This document shows positions 1 to 12,301 of a stretch of DNA of 42,420 nucleotides, in pieces. Position 1 is the stretch's first letter, and each line of letters starts with the position of its first letter. Made by a program: the position numbers and the translations under genes. The stretch spans positions 48,621,097 to 48,663,516 of the forward strand of contig NC_068987.1 in assembly GCF_001194135.2 (NCBI RefSeq), written 5' to 3'. Below the pieces are notes generated by a model. It was not told the DNA's origin, searched no databases, and saw only the letters and a list, made by a program, of their open reading frames with translations. The stretch is from Octopus bimaculoides. Taxonomy: Eukaryota.

Positions 1-174
1 ATTTACGTATGCTTAATAATATTATGCAAAACAGCCTTCAGACTTTCCCTATTAATTTCATTGTCTTTTGAATTATGAACATATTTACATCATAAGGGTT
101 TTTTCGTTGTAAGGCTTTCTTTTTTAGTTGATTTTCAGCTAGCAAGACTTATCGTAGATGGCATAATAAGTCAC

Positions 175-203
175 ACCCGGACAAGGTCGGGTTATACTGC
201 TAG
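175..203 (+). mobile_element. Helitron-type 3' terminus (hairpin + CTAG)
   Basis: ACCCG(175-179)...CGGGT(188-192) hairpin, then CTAG (200-203) and T. This is the canonical Helitron 3' end geometry. The 5' end is not identified in the window. Confidence 0.5.
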
Positions 204-281
204 TTATCTATAAAGCTCAATTTAATTTTAATTTTTTATAAATTGATTTTAATTGAGTTTTTACCTGTAATTTTGTCCCTA

Positions 282-339
<58 letters not shown>

Positions 340-359
340 ATGTATGTATGTATGTATAT
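282..359. repeat. Compound microsatellite (TA)n(TG)n(TATG)n
   Basis: Directly visible. Confidence 0.95.
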
Positions 360-459
360 AACGCCAACAGGGCTCTGCTTCACTTCTGTACTAGAAGACT
401 TGCATACTCCTGTCTCTCCAACTCACCTACCTCTTTCTGTCTATACATAATGGACTAAC

Positions 460-2128
460 CAATAGCAGCACGAGGTAAGGTGGAGAGGAACTTCAGCCAG
501 GTTCCTCATGGGCAAGACACATAAGTATAACATCTTCTGGGAAGGTAACAGTGACAGGGTAGGTGACGTGGGCATACTTCTTGCAGAGAAATGGGTGGAT
601 AAGGTCATAGAGGTAGTCAGAGTGGGTGATAGAGTGCTTAAGCTTAGGCTAGTCTTACAGAACAGTATAGTGACAATTATCTCTGCCTATGTCCCTCAAG
701 CAGGCCTACCAAATGAACAGAAGGAGCACTTTTATGATATTCTTCTGCTGGCTACCTCAAAGACAAGTGACAATGATCCCCTGCGAGTTCTTCTATGCTG
801 ATGACCTTACTCTTATAGCTGAATCACTATCTGAACTAGAGAAGAAGTTCCAGATATGGAAGCAAGGTCTAGAATCAAAGGATCTTAGAGTTAACCTAGC
901 AAAACCCAAAGTCTTAATTTGTAGAAAAGGTGTAAGTAGAGACTCCATAAGCTGCACCCAGTGTAAGCTATGGTTACATAAAAAATGCAGCAACAACAGA
1001 GGAAGGTTAAGAGGAAAAGTAACCTTTGTATGTGAAAGTTACACAGATACAATAAATGCCGAAAATGCACAGAAAATAGACTCCATCAACTGCCAGGGAG
1101 GCAAGCTAGAGGTAGTAGATAGCTTCCATTATCTAGGTGACCAAGTGAGTAGTGGGTGTGGATGCTCTGAGAGCATAGCTGTGAGAATAAGATTAGGCTG
1201 GGTAAAGTTCAGATAACTCCTTCTCCTGCTGGCAACAAAGGCCACTCTCTCAGAGTGAATGGCAGATTGTTTGATGCCTCTGTGTGAACAGCTATGCTGC
1301 ATGGCAGTGAAACATGGGCTGTGACAGCTGAGGACATGCGTAGGCTTGAAAGAAATGAAGCCAGTATGTTTCACTGGGTGTGCAATATCAGTGTGCATAT
1401 TCGACAGAGTGTAAGCATCTTGAGAGAAAATTTAGGCATAAGAGGCATCAGATGTGGTGTGCAAGAGAGACGACTGTGCTGGTATGGTCATGTGATGCAT
1501 ATGGACGAGGACAGCTGTATAAAGAAGTGCCAATCTCTAAATGTGGAGGGAACTTGTGGTAGAGGTAGGTAGACCCAGGAAAATATGGGATGAGGTGGTG
1601 AAGCATGATCTTCAAACTTTGAGCCTCACAGAGGCAATTACAAGTGACCGAGACCTTTGGTGATATACTGTGCTTGAGAGGACCTGTCAAGCCAAGTGCA
1701 CCCATGCTGGTGGCACGTAAATAACACCTTTCAAGTGTTAGGCCTCATGAAGGCAAAGTGGCTGAGTTCCTTTCGAGTGTTGGGCCTCATGGAGGCAATG
1801 ACCGAGACCTTTGACATTATATTGTGCTTGAGAAGAAGACCCATCAAACTGAGCAAAATCGCAGTCAAGGAGATACCAGTGTCATGCAAATTGACACCTG
1901 TGCCGATGGCATGTAAAAGCACCCCAGTGTCATGCAAATGGCACCTGTGCTGGTGGCACATAAAAGCACTTAATAACACTATTGGAATGGCTGGCATTAG
2001 GGAGGGCATCCAGCCATAGAAAACCATGCCAAATCAGACTGGAGTCTGGTTCAGCCTTCCAACGTGCCAGTTTGGTCAAACCATCCAACCCATGCCAGCA
2101 TGGACAACAGATGTTAAATGATGATGTT
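460..2128 (+). mobile_element. RTE-clade LINE, internally deleted and decayed
   Basis: APE endonuclease motifs (YNIFWEG...GVGILLAEKW, TIISAYVPQ) are joined at about 780 directly to RT FFYADDL and the C-terminal part (LHGSETW, RLCWYGHV). A 3' UTR ending ccatccaacccatgccagcatgg and a short (ATG)n tail follow. Confidence 0.9.
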
Positions 2129-3049
2129 AATTATATTTGTATGTATGTCTATATATTGTATTACGATATATATATATATAAGTATGTATGTAAGAAAAAA
2201 TGAGTTCAAAAAGAACAATTCAAACTTTTAGGGGGATTCAGAAAGAGAGAAAAAAATGATTTCTAATAAAGATTCATCATATTCATAAAAATCAGCCAGA
2301 GCAAGTAATAAGAATATGAAAATAATATTTGAAGAGTTTTGTTATAGGTATAAAAATATACCATAAAACAAGTATAAAAAAATGGACAAAAATGTAGAAT
2401 CAGAAATAGATTTATTGCAAAACTGGATTCAATGCATATGTACGTTTCGAAAAACAATGCAAATGTATAAGAAAAAAATAAAAATTTAATTATAGTAATT
2501 ATAATTAAATTTATGCATTGTCATTCTCATCAGTGTGGAGAATCTCTTGAAGAATGTCAAGAAAGTTTAATATGATGAAATAGAATAAAATAGAATAAAA
2601 ATAAATATAAGATAAGATACAATAACAGAACACAGATGGGGCAGTAAGGGAAAATCGGATAATTTACAAACCAAGTTATGAAAGGGAAAAAATAATGATA
2701 ACAACAATAATAATAATAATAATGAGAGAGACGAAAAAGAAAAAGAAAGACATATCATTGTGTACACAAGTCTATATGTGCAGTAAAACTATAACATAAG
2801 AATATAACGGATATGTTTCAAAAAATGGTAACAGGTCAAGACGAAATACAATGGAAACAAGGGCCACGTGTGCCTAGTAGAGTACAGCATAAAAATATCA
2901 AAAGCAGAAAAAAGCCATAGAGAGTTATACGTATACATGATAATATTGAAAAAGTAAAAAATAATATGCATTTATATATATATATATATATTACCAGAAG
3001 CTGAGAAGCATGACTATGTTTGAGAGTGATTCAATATATAAGTAGAAAA

Positions 3050-3788
3050 TGTGCATGCAGGCAGAGACAAAAACAAAAAGGTAAATTCGTTTCGAACAGA
3101 TAGTGAAGGATAAGATGTAGATCCAGGATGGCTTTCTACATGACTGAGAAATTCTCTTTTGATGGGGTTGAATGTGGCCAAAAGTTTTAACAGCCTGATG
3201 AAATTACCAAGATTTAACTCATCTTTTAATTGAAGTGACTCTCTGTGTCCTCACAATGCGAGGTTGTGTGTTGCAAGAAATTTGATACAATGAAGAACAC
3301 TTGTCAAGATACTATGCCATCTCTGTCTTTCACCTTCCATTACTGATTGTAGCTTAGCATCGATTAGTCCATTCTAAACTAAATTTCTCTCAAAATCTTT
3401 CCATTGAGTGAAACAAACATGATTTGGCGAATTCTCATGGAGAGGTATTCTTTCTGGTTTCTTCCATTGGTAGAATCCACATTCTTTTTCTAATGAGGAC
3501 TGCAGATTGGACTGCAGATTGGACTGTATAAAAAGCAGACAGCAGATGCAAAGTGTTGTCTTCTTAGAGGAAGCCATGAGCATATATTTCCTCACTGTTG
3601 CCATTTCCTACTTTTCTCCTAAACCTTGTTCTTGTTCATTGCTTGGTTGTTTGTTAGTAAGAAAACACTGTCCAAATTCAGAAAGAACTTCCAACCTTTC
3701 TGCAATATTTGCATTCTCAATGCATCAAAAACAATTGCCCTTCCTTTATCTTTATTGAACTTCAGAAGTCCAGTGTCATATTTTTCAA
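3050..3788 (-). mobile_element. hAT transposase remnant (ZMYM1-like / DUF4371 type), middle part
   Basis: Minus-strand translation across frameshifts gives TLCICCLLF (TTF zinc-finger-like), GFYQWKKPERIPLHENSPNH, GERQRWHSILTSVLHCIKFLA and GNFIRLLKLLATFNP. Confidence 0.75.
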
Positions 3789-3789
3789 T

Positions 3790-6700
3790 TATCATCATCA
3801 TCATCATCATCATCATCATTATCGTTTAACGTCCACTTTCCATGCTGGTATGGGTTGGATGGTTTGACTGAGGGCTGGCAAGCTAGAAGGCTGCACCAGG
3901 CCCCAATCTGATCTTGCAAAGTTTCTACAGCTGGATTCCCTCCCTAACATCAACCACTCTGAGAGTGTAGTGGGTGCTTTTACATGCCACTGGCATGAGG
4001 GCCAGTCAGGCGGTACTGGCATTGACCATGCTCAAATGGTGCTTTTTATGTGCCACCAGCACAGGATCCAGTCAGACTGCACTGGCAACGGCCATGCTTG
4101 AATGGTGTATTTATATACCACCAGCACGGGAACCAGTCAGGCAGCCCTGGCAATGATCATGCTCGAATGGTGCTTTTAACATTCCACTGGCACAGGTGCC
4201 AATCAGGCGGTACTGTCATCGGCCATGACAACGATTTCAAAAGTGCAGTTTATTGCCTAATGATTGAAGGGTACTCTTAAATGGGCTGGTTATGCAGCAC
4301 TGGCACTGACATAGGCCACAGTTATGGTCTCATTTGGCTTGCCAGGTCTTCTCAAGCACAGCATATCTCCAAAGGTCTTGGTCACTTATTATTCATTGCC
4401 TTGGTGAGGCCCAATGTTTGAAGGTTGTGCTTCACCACCTCATCCCAGGTCTTCCTGGGCCTACCTCTTCCACAGGTTCCCTCAACCGCTAGGCTGTGAC
4501 ACTTTTTCACACAACTTTCCTCATCCATTCACAACACATGACCATACCAGTGCAGTAGTCTCTCTTGCACACCACATCTGATACTTCTTAAGTCCAACTT
4601 CTTTCTCAGTGAGCTTATACTCTTTCGTGTATGCACACTGACATTACACATCCAGTGGAGTATACTGGCTTCATTCCTTGCAAGCTTATGCACGTCCTCA
4701 GCAGTCACGGCCCATGTTTCACTGCCATGTAGCATGGCTGTTCGTACACATGCGTCATACAGTCTGCCTTTTACTCTGAGTGAGAGGCCCTTTGTCACCA
4801 GCAGAGGTAAGAGCTCTCTGAACTTTGCCCAGGCTATTCTTATTCTAGCAGCTACACTTTCAGAGCATCCACCCTTGCTACTGACTTGGTCGCCTGGGTA
4901 ATGAAAGCTATCAACTACGTCTAGTTTTTCCACCTGGAATGTGGCAGAAGTTGTTCTCTGCACATTTTCAGTGTTTATTGCTCCTGAGCATTTGTCACAC
5001 ACAAAAACTATCTTCCCAGTTGGCCTTCCTTTGATATTACTGCACCTCTTATGTGTCCATAGCTTACACTAGGTACATCTTATGGAGTTTCTACCTATGC
5101 CTTTTCTACAGATTGAGCAGGGCCATCTACCTGAATGGATTTGTGGTTTGTCTCCTTCCTACTTATTAAGACTTTGGTTTTTGCTCGGTTGACTCTAAGG
5201 CCCTTCGATTCTAATCCTTGCTTCCACACCTGAAACTTCTCTAGTTCTCATAGTGACTCAGCTATTAGAGCAAGGTCATCAGCATAGAGAAGCTCCTAGG
5301 GGCATCCTGTCTTGAATTCCTGTGTTATTGCCTGGAGTGGGGTGAGGATTGATCCTTGGTGGACCCTTACTCCTACCCAGAATTTTTCACTGTACTCATT
5401 GGCAACCCTCACCTTACTGACATGGCTTGTACAGCTTTCACTAACCATTCATCTATCCTTAGTTTCCTCATTGACCACCAGATAAGGGAGTGGGGGACCC
5501 TGTCAAAGGCTTTTTCCATGTCAACGAACGCCAGGTACAGAGGTTTATCTTTGGCTATGTATTTCTTGCAGCTGTCTTACCAGAAATATAGCATCAGTGG
5601 TACTTTTCCCTGGCACAAAACCAAACTGCATCTCATCGAGACTGACTCTCTCTCTAGTTAGTTGGGCTATGACCCTCTCTGTTATTTTCATCACCTGATC
5701 CAACAACTTGATACCACTGTAATTATTTGTATCTAATGCATCACCTTTACCTTTGTAGCAGTTGACTATGGTGCTGCTACACCAGTCATTGAGTATGACT
5801 CCTTCATGTATCACCTGGTTGACTATACGGGTGACTAGACTATAGCTGACACTGCCAGATATTTTGAGCCTTTTTGTGGCAATTCCTGATCTGTCTTCAT
5901 ACCCTTAATTGCTTTATCTACCAAGGTACTGTCAATTTGGATAGCTGGTCCCTCTGTTGGGTCGACATTTGGCACACTCTCTTTCTCCCATTCATTCTCT
6001 TCATTTAACAACCTTTCATACAGGCATCTCCAAGTCTCTCTCCTTGCAGCCTCATTATATGCAAGTGAGACGTCATACATGCAGACACATTTCTCTCCTA
6101 TGACATCACGAGTCTCTCTCACACACTGTCTTGCAACACGAAACACTTCAAGTCTTTGGTCCTCATGATGCAGAACATTGGCAAATTTCTTCTTATCTGC
6201 TTCCCCTCTGGCTAAATAAACCTGCCTCCTAGCTTCCCTTCTGGCAGTTTGATACAATTCCCTGCTACCATCGTTCTTCCAGTTCTTCCATGCCTGTTTC
6301 TTTTCCCTAATGACCCTGTCAACTACATTGTTCCACCACCACATTACCTTGGGTTGAGAAGGGATTTTGCACCATCCACAGATCTGGTCAGTGGCCCTCA
6401 ACAGGTTGTCTCATAGAAACTTCCAGCTGTATTCCACATCATGTGATGCTATATCCCCCTCTATTTCGTCAAAAACTTCAAGTAATGTCTCTAAATCTCT
6501 GTCCATTCACACGATCCTTGAGTTTCCAGACCCTTCTCCTCCATGCTGGTCGTCTTCTGGGTATCCATTTAGTCCTGATCCTGAAGTTGTTAACTACTAA
6601 TCTATGTTGTAGGGTGCAATCTTCACCTGGGAAGTTTTTGGCATTTATAAGTAGCCATCTTTCCCGTTTCCTGGTGAGGATATAATCAATTTGTCTAGTG

Positions 6701-7440
6701 TGTCCCCCATATCAGTAGGTGAGTAGGTAGCTGGCAGGTTTCCTGAAGTTAGTATTACAAACCATAAGATCATTTGCATTGCAGAACTCCAGTAGCCTGG
6801 TTCCTTTCTCATTGTGGGAACCAAAACCATAACCTCTATGTACGCCATGGAAGCCCCGCACATGTTGTCCAATTGAAGTCACCAGCCACAGAGAGAAGGT
6901 CCCTGTCATTCGTCGATGATGTAGTCTGCAAGAGAGTGTCATAAAATTGGTCTTTCTGTTCATCAGGTAGCCCCGGCTGAGGGGCATAGGCCGAGATAAT
7001 GGTTGCTAACCCATGTTGCAGCACTAATCTTATCTTAAGTATTCTATCGCAGACTCTGACTACCTCGATTACCTTATCAACTCATTTCTCCACAAGAAGT
7101 ATACCCACGCCCCCGACCCCATTAGTGTTCCCTGCCCAGAAAATCTTATACTTACGTTCTTTGCTTGTGAGGGTCCTAGCAGAACCTCCTCTCCACCTTA
7201 TTTTTTGGATGCAACACAAATCTACACATCTCCTTTCAAGCATCTCAACAATTTCACCAGACCTACCTTTCAGTGTGCCAACATTGAGTGTGCCAACATT
7301 GAGTGTGCCAACCCTGAGGGTGTGGGAGGTGTGGGCCTGTGAAACCCTGGGATGAGGGACAGCAACATCATGTACCTGTAAAGAAAGCTCGCATTTGGCA
7401 GAACTCGTGTACATACAATAGCTTTCAACCTGCATACACT
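3790..7440 (-). mobile_element. RTE-clade LINE, near full length, frameshifted
   Basis: EN: VGTLNVGTLKGR, AGDFN. RT: NYSGIKLL, QFGFVPGKSTTDAIF, FVDMEKAFDRVP, LLYADDL, LHGSETW. (GAT)n tail at 3790-3825 and a 3' UTR shared with the 460-2128 copy. Confidence 0.92.
3985..4230. repeat. About 66-bp degenerate tandem repeat (about 3.5 units) in the RTE 3' UTR
   Basis: Recurrent ccagtcaggc...ccatgctc.aatggtg units. Confidence 0.7.
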
Positions 7441-7964
7441 ACAACATTATTTTTATGCACTACATAATCACTACCTTACATAGGAGATAAACCCTAAGTA
7501 GGGATGGGGGAGCATTAAGCCTTTAGAAGTGTTCACGGGAGACATCCAATAGAGGTCAGAGGATAGAGACTTCCGGTACAGGTGGTGGGATGGGAACGAC
7601 AGGCACACTGGGAAACAGCGAAAACTCAGGCTGCCAGTGTCAGAGAATATTATGATAATAATGAGATAGAATTGGGCATTTGAAATTCTTAACTAGTGCT
7701 ATAACCAAGAGTTTTTAATCAGCCAAACTGTGACAAAATTAGATAAATTAGTGAATAAGTGACGATAATAAATGAGTGTGAACGAGAGGGAGAAAGAGAG
7801 AGAATTGGATTGAGTGAAGAGATCTTAAGTCTTTTTGTTTTTTTAAACATACAGCATGGAAGACGAAACTATGTTTACACAGATAATGAAATAGATAGAA
7901 TAATGAAATGAACTAATAAGGTAATTATGACCTGCACTGAAAAGAGAGGTTTAGATGTACTAGG

Positions 7965-8450
7965 TTGAAAAACAAGATTGCTTCTCCCCAGGATTGCATA
8001 TCTTCAGGATTGCTTATCTTCAAGATTGCTTATTTTCAAGATTGCTTATCTTCAGGAATTCCAGTTAGCACATTTTCTTTTGTAAATGTGTTTTCCACTA
8101 CCTTCACGTTGTCATCATCATCGCCATCATCACCACAAACATCAGAACTGCCTTCATATAATGTTTCTACTTCACTTTTTTTGTTAACTGCGACATTTGT
8201 CCCACTTTCTTTGGATTTAAGGAAACATGACTTGGACTTGTTTTCTAATGAAATTGCATATGCTTCAGTTTCAGTGGCAAGAAAATTTTCACAAACTTAA
8301 AATGTCTGTGAACTTGTCGAATGATTTGATTCTTTTTAGCCAAAATAATGAATAAGGGTCTTGCTTGATTTCAAAGCCTCTTCACTCTCTCATTTCTGCC
8401 TTTTCCTTCCTTTAGCTCCACTTTCATTTTTAGGGAAGGCACGCATCATG
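7965..8450 (-). mobile_element. hAT transposase remnant, N-terminal part
   Basis: MMRAFPKNESGAKGRKRQK*ESEEALKSSKTLIHYF resembles the ESGAxKRK start of ZMYM1-like hAT transposases. It is followed by an acidic stretch and a 16-bp tandem repeat (aagattgcttatcttc x4). Confidence 0.5.
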
Positions 8451-8523
8451 TTCTTGTGACAAACAAGTAAAAGTTGTAAACATTGTACAGAGAAAAGAGT
8501 AAACCTTAATATAGTCATAATTA

Positions 8524-9706
8524 TCAGGTCATCCCATAAGTTCTGCCAATTTTACCTTTTTTAAAATTGAATGAAATTCAATAGTATTTTAGAATGTCTA
8601 ATGGAATTAAAAATTATTTTTATGCATTTTCTGTACACTTAAACTAATTAAATATTATTTTACAGAATAATAGAATTAAAATTTTTTGATTAAAATCCTT
8701 TCTAACATGGAAGTATCCAAAGAGCATTTAAGGCACATAATGCTTTATGAGTACAAAAAAAGAAACTCTGCAGCTGAAGTGACTCGAAACATACACTCAG
8801 TTTATGGGAAAGAATGCTTGAATGAAAGAACTTGCAGAAGAAGGTTTGCAAAATTCAGAAGTGGAGATTTCAGCCTTGAAGATGAAGATCGAACAGGACG
8901 TCCAGTTGAGTTTGATGATAAGCTCCTTGAGGCATTACTTGAAGAAAATCCTGCATGAACAGTTGAAGAATTGGCAATAAAGCTTAGTTCAAACCATACA
9001 ACTGTTCATTGTCATCTTCAACAACTTGGAAAGTTTCCTAAACTTGGAAAATGGGCGCCTCATAAATTGTCCGAAAGCAACTGCAAATCACAAGTTGACA
9101 TCTGCTCTTCTCTCCATTCTTGTGAACTCATTTCGTCTTTTTGGATAGACTTGTGACTGGTGATGAAAAATGGATCTTCTATTGAAATGTTAAACATCGT
9201 AAACAGTGGCTTAGTAAAAGGGAAAAAGCTCAACCATAACCGAGAAGGGAACTTCATGGGAAAAAGGTTCTTCTCTCTATCTGGTGGGATTGCAAAGGAG
9301 TAATTCACTTTGAATTGTTACCACCTAATGCAACAATCAATGTTCAAATCTACTGTCAGCAATTAGAGTGTTTGAACCAAGCTTTGAAGAAAAAAAGACC
9401 CAATTTAGTGAATCGAAANNNNNNNNNNTTGCTCCTTCAGACTACCATTTGTTTCGTAGTTTACAGAATCATTTGGGGGACATAACTTTTGCGAGCCAGG
9501 AGGAGGTTGAAACTGACATTTCAGAGTTCTTCGCTTTGAAACCAAAAGAGTTTTACATTGATGGGATTAAAAAGCTTATAAATAGATGGAAGGAAGTCAT
9601 AGATAATCAGGGAAAGTACATTGATGATTAAATTTCAATTAAATATAACATTTGATCACTTGTTTTCTTTATTCAAAATTCGGACAGAACTTATGGGATG
9701 ACCTGA
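8524..9706 (+). mobile_element. Mariner (Tc1/mariner) DNA transposon, defective transposase 8707-9631
   Basis: TIRs TCAGGTCATCCCATAAGTTCTG / CAGAACTTATGGGATGACCTGA, flanked by TA on both sides (8522-23, 9707-08). HTH region, WAPHKL, VTGDEKW and APSDYHLFRSL motifs. Internal stop, frameshifts and a 10-N gap. Confidence 0.95.
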
Positions 9707-10620
9707 TAGAAGTAGAAAATGAATTACTCTGCTTTAAAGCTTATAGAAGAGATCATATTGTAGAACCCAGTTGAACTGCTCTACTGTTTGTAGTATTGTT
9801 TTCTTGAAGTATCTCAAATATCCAAGGATAGAAATGGGACAACCACTTTTGAATGATCTTATTAGCAGTCACATGTCTGCTTGGGGTAGGAAGTCGAAGT
9901 CTTAATTGATAACATAACAAACCATTTACAGTATGTACACTGGAAGTTGCAAGCTATGCAGAAATGAAAAATCGATTTACACTGATAAAATAAGAATGAA
10001 CTATTTTTAGAACCACAAAAATGATTAACGATTAAATGAATAAACGACAGTTAAGTAAATTTAACAGTGTTTATCACCACAATTAATTTTACACCCTTAG
10101 TTGTGCAGTATGTGTAGTAGGCAAGGCAAAAATATATGGGTTTCACTCAATTGAGCCTCAAGCCTTTTTTGATGCCCTTTGTAAAAATGTCCTGCCATGA
10201 ACGTAGACAACCATCATATTGCATTTACCTTCAATAACAGTATAAAACGATAAGCTGGAGATCCACCTTAACAATTGCACTTTTATAAATGACGTTCAAG
10301 CTTATTGTATTATAGTCAATTCTGCACCCCACTTCAATTAGTGGCCAGGGATGTGCTCCCCACCCATCCTCTGTTATGCTATTGCAGTACGGTACTGTTT
10401 CTACTTTTCTGGTTTTCACCTATCACAGAGGGTTATGGAACATAACACCCATGATAGTCAAGGATTACTGTATATACATATATTTATATATATATGTCAC
10501 TTGTTGACCAAAGAAGGAAGATGTACTAGATAATTCATTAAAACTGTTTCATGAAAATATGAACAAATTTTTTTTGTTGGCATTTTAAGACATTGTTTTC
10601 TTAAATTTTCTCATTAACAG

Positions 10621-11739
10621 TTAGCACTGGATTCAACCTACTTCAACCGTTTTGTATGGGTGTGTCCAAACTGGGATGTGAAGAGCAATAACCAGAAATT
10701 CAAGAACGCATTTGCATATTTTGGGACGACAAATGAAAAACATGGTAATAAACCCGCAGCCAATTGCTTTTGTATGAGTCGTTCTAAGAGCAGAATAAGA
10801 ACTTGCTATCTAGAATCAAGAGAAACTGAAACTATCCCTGATAAAATGTGTAATGTAAAAAAACAAATATATTTTGAGAAAATTCAAGAAGACCTAGCTT
10901 TGAAGTTACTAAAACAGGGCAGGCTGTTTAGAAAACAAGAGAATGTTGTACTAGATGTTGATGAAGAATATATTGGTTATGAATTCCCTTTTGCTCCACT
11001 TCTTGCTACAGGTTTGACCATAGCTGATATAATGTCTATAAATGGAGACATACAGTAAATAATATGCCCAAAAGTAATGAGAAATGAAAGAAAAGCAGAC
11101 AATGTTTTGTCTAAGATAATCTTTGAAATTTCTAAACAAAGACAACATTTTTGTATGAAAAAGAAGCCAGAAAATTGTTCCAAATTTCCCATGAGCCACA
11201 ATTTCGTATCTGCTATACATATGTTTACTAAACCTTTGTCATCACTGTCTCCTGCCCTGTCTTGTAAGAAAAAAGTTGCTACAAAGTATTTAGAAAAATT
11301 TGCTTTAAAGTTAGCATCAATGAAAGAGAAACAGTTACTTGCTATACGTGAAGTTGGCTTTTGTTTTATTTCACTTCTTAAGACACTTTATTGGGAAAAT
11401 AGCTTTCAGCTTTGTCTTGGTGGAAGTGTTTTAAATAACAGTATTCACCATCTTCATTCTCTGCAACAGCAAGAAGTCTTTTCCCGCATTAAATTCTTTC
11501 AGAAATTCATGTCTGAAGTTAAGTTCCGACCAAGATTTATAACTCTGACAAGGTCTCTCCGAAATGGTTTTACACTTCGTAATTACTTTCATAAAATTGA
11601 GCAGGAAATTCTCTCCAGTTTTCAGGCTTTTCACTCTAGACTACTTGTTAATTATGACAGTGATTTACTTGGTGGCAAGATTGGTTGGCCTAAACGTCAT
11701 TCACAGAATGCTAGTCCAACTTTATCCCACAAAAATTAA
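10621..11739 (+). pseudogene. Terminal coding exon of a UPF0489/C5orf22-like gene with one in-frame TAA (11056-11058)
   Basis: Polypyrimidine...AACAG acceptor ends at 10620. ORFs 10660 and 11077 share a frame, giving 373 codons broken only by TAA. Motifs NRFVWVCPNWD, VVLDVDEEY and RPRFITLTRSLRNGFT resemble the family's WV(W/C)P, LDID and P-x2-ITxxRS motifs (recalled, not searched). Confidence 0.6.
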
Positions 11740-12199
11740 ACTGGATACTTATATGAGCAATGCATAAATGTATTTCTATTTGTTGAGAAAATTTTGCTTA
11801 GTTTGTGATTCAATTTCATTTTTCATTGATTTGGCTAAATATTGGTACACTTTTTAAACAAATTACTGGACAGCTTACATTTTTTGTTAAGGTTTAGACA
11901 AAACATCATGGTTTTTCATGATTCATCATCTCCCAACCTTTGTTCACTTCAAATATTATATGACTGATTAGTTTAAAAGTCACACTCGATGCAAACTTTT
12001 AAGCTAGCTCCTGTGGAGAACTAATTGGGCCTGTGATCCAAAACTAAAAAGAGCAATAATAATAAAGCATTTATTGGTACCTTACCAATACGGTATTACC
12101 CTACCAATATGGTATTATTTTAAATTCAGTTTAAATAAAAAAAACTTCTACGTTCACAAATTTTTGGAGTTCTTTAAAATTTGAATTTTCAACTGTTAG

Positions 12200-12301
12200 C
12201 TTATAACAAACCCTCATCCAGACTTGATCCCAATGCTGGATGTTCAAGAACCAAATGAAGGACAGATTTTTCAATCCAGGTATCATCCTGATTCTGAAAA
12301 G
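12200..12301 (+). CDS. Candidate isolated internal exon (LITNPHPDLIPMLDVQEPNEGQIFQSRYHPDSEK), product unknown
   Basis: ttttcaactgttAG acceptor and AAG|GTATAA donor, 102 nt, one open frame. An alternative donor CAG|GTATCA lies at 12279/80. Confidence 0.25.

Noticed and set aside
7470-7645. HDV-like ribozyme at the RTE 5' end
   Set aside because: An acactgg/ccagtgt stem exists, but the P2/P3/P1.1/P4 nested pseudoknot could not be assembled.
7990-8056. Short direct repeats as CRISPR-like or regulatory arrays
   Set aside because: They are contiguous 16-bp tandem units without spacers, inside a hAT remnant in a eukaryotic context.
11055-11075. Micro-intron GTAAAT...AG removing the premature stop
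   Set aside because: It would be only about 19 nt, too short for a spliceosomal intron, and would delete the IICP residues.
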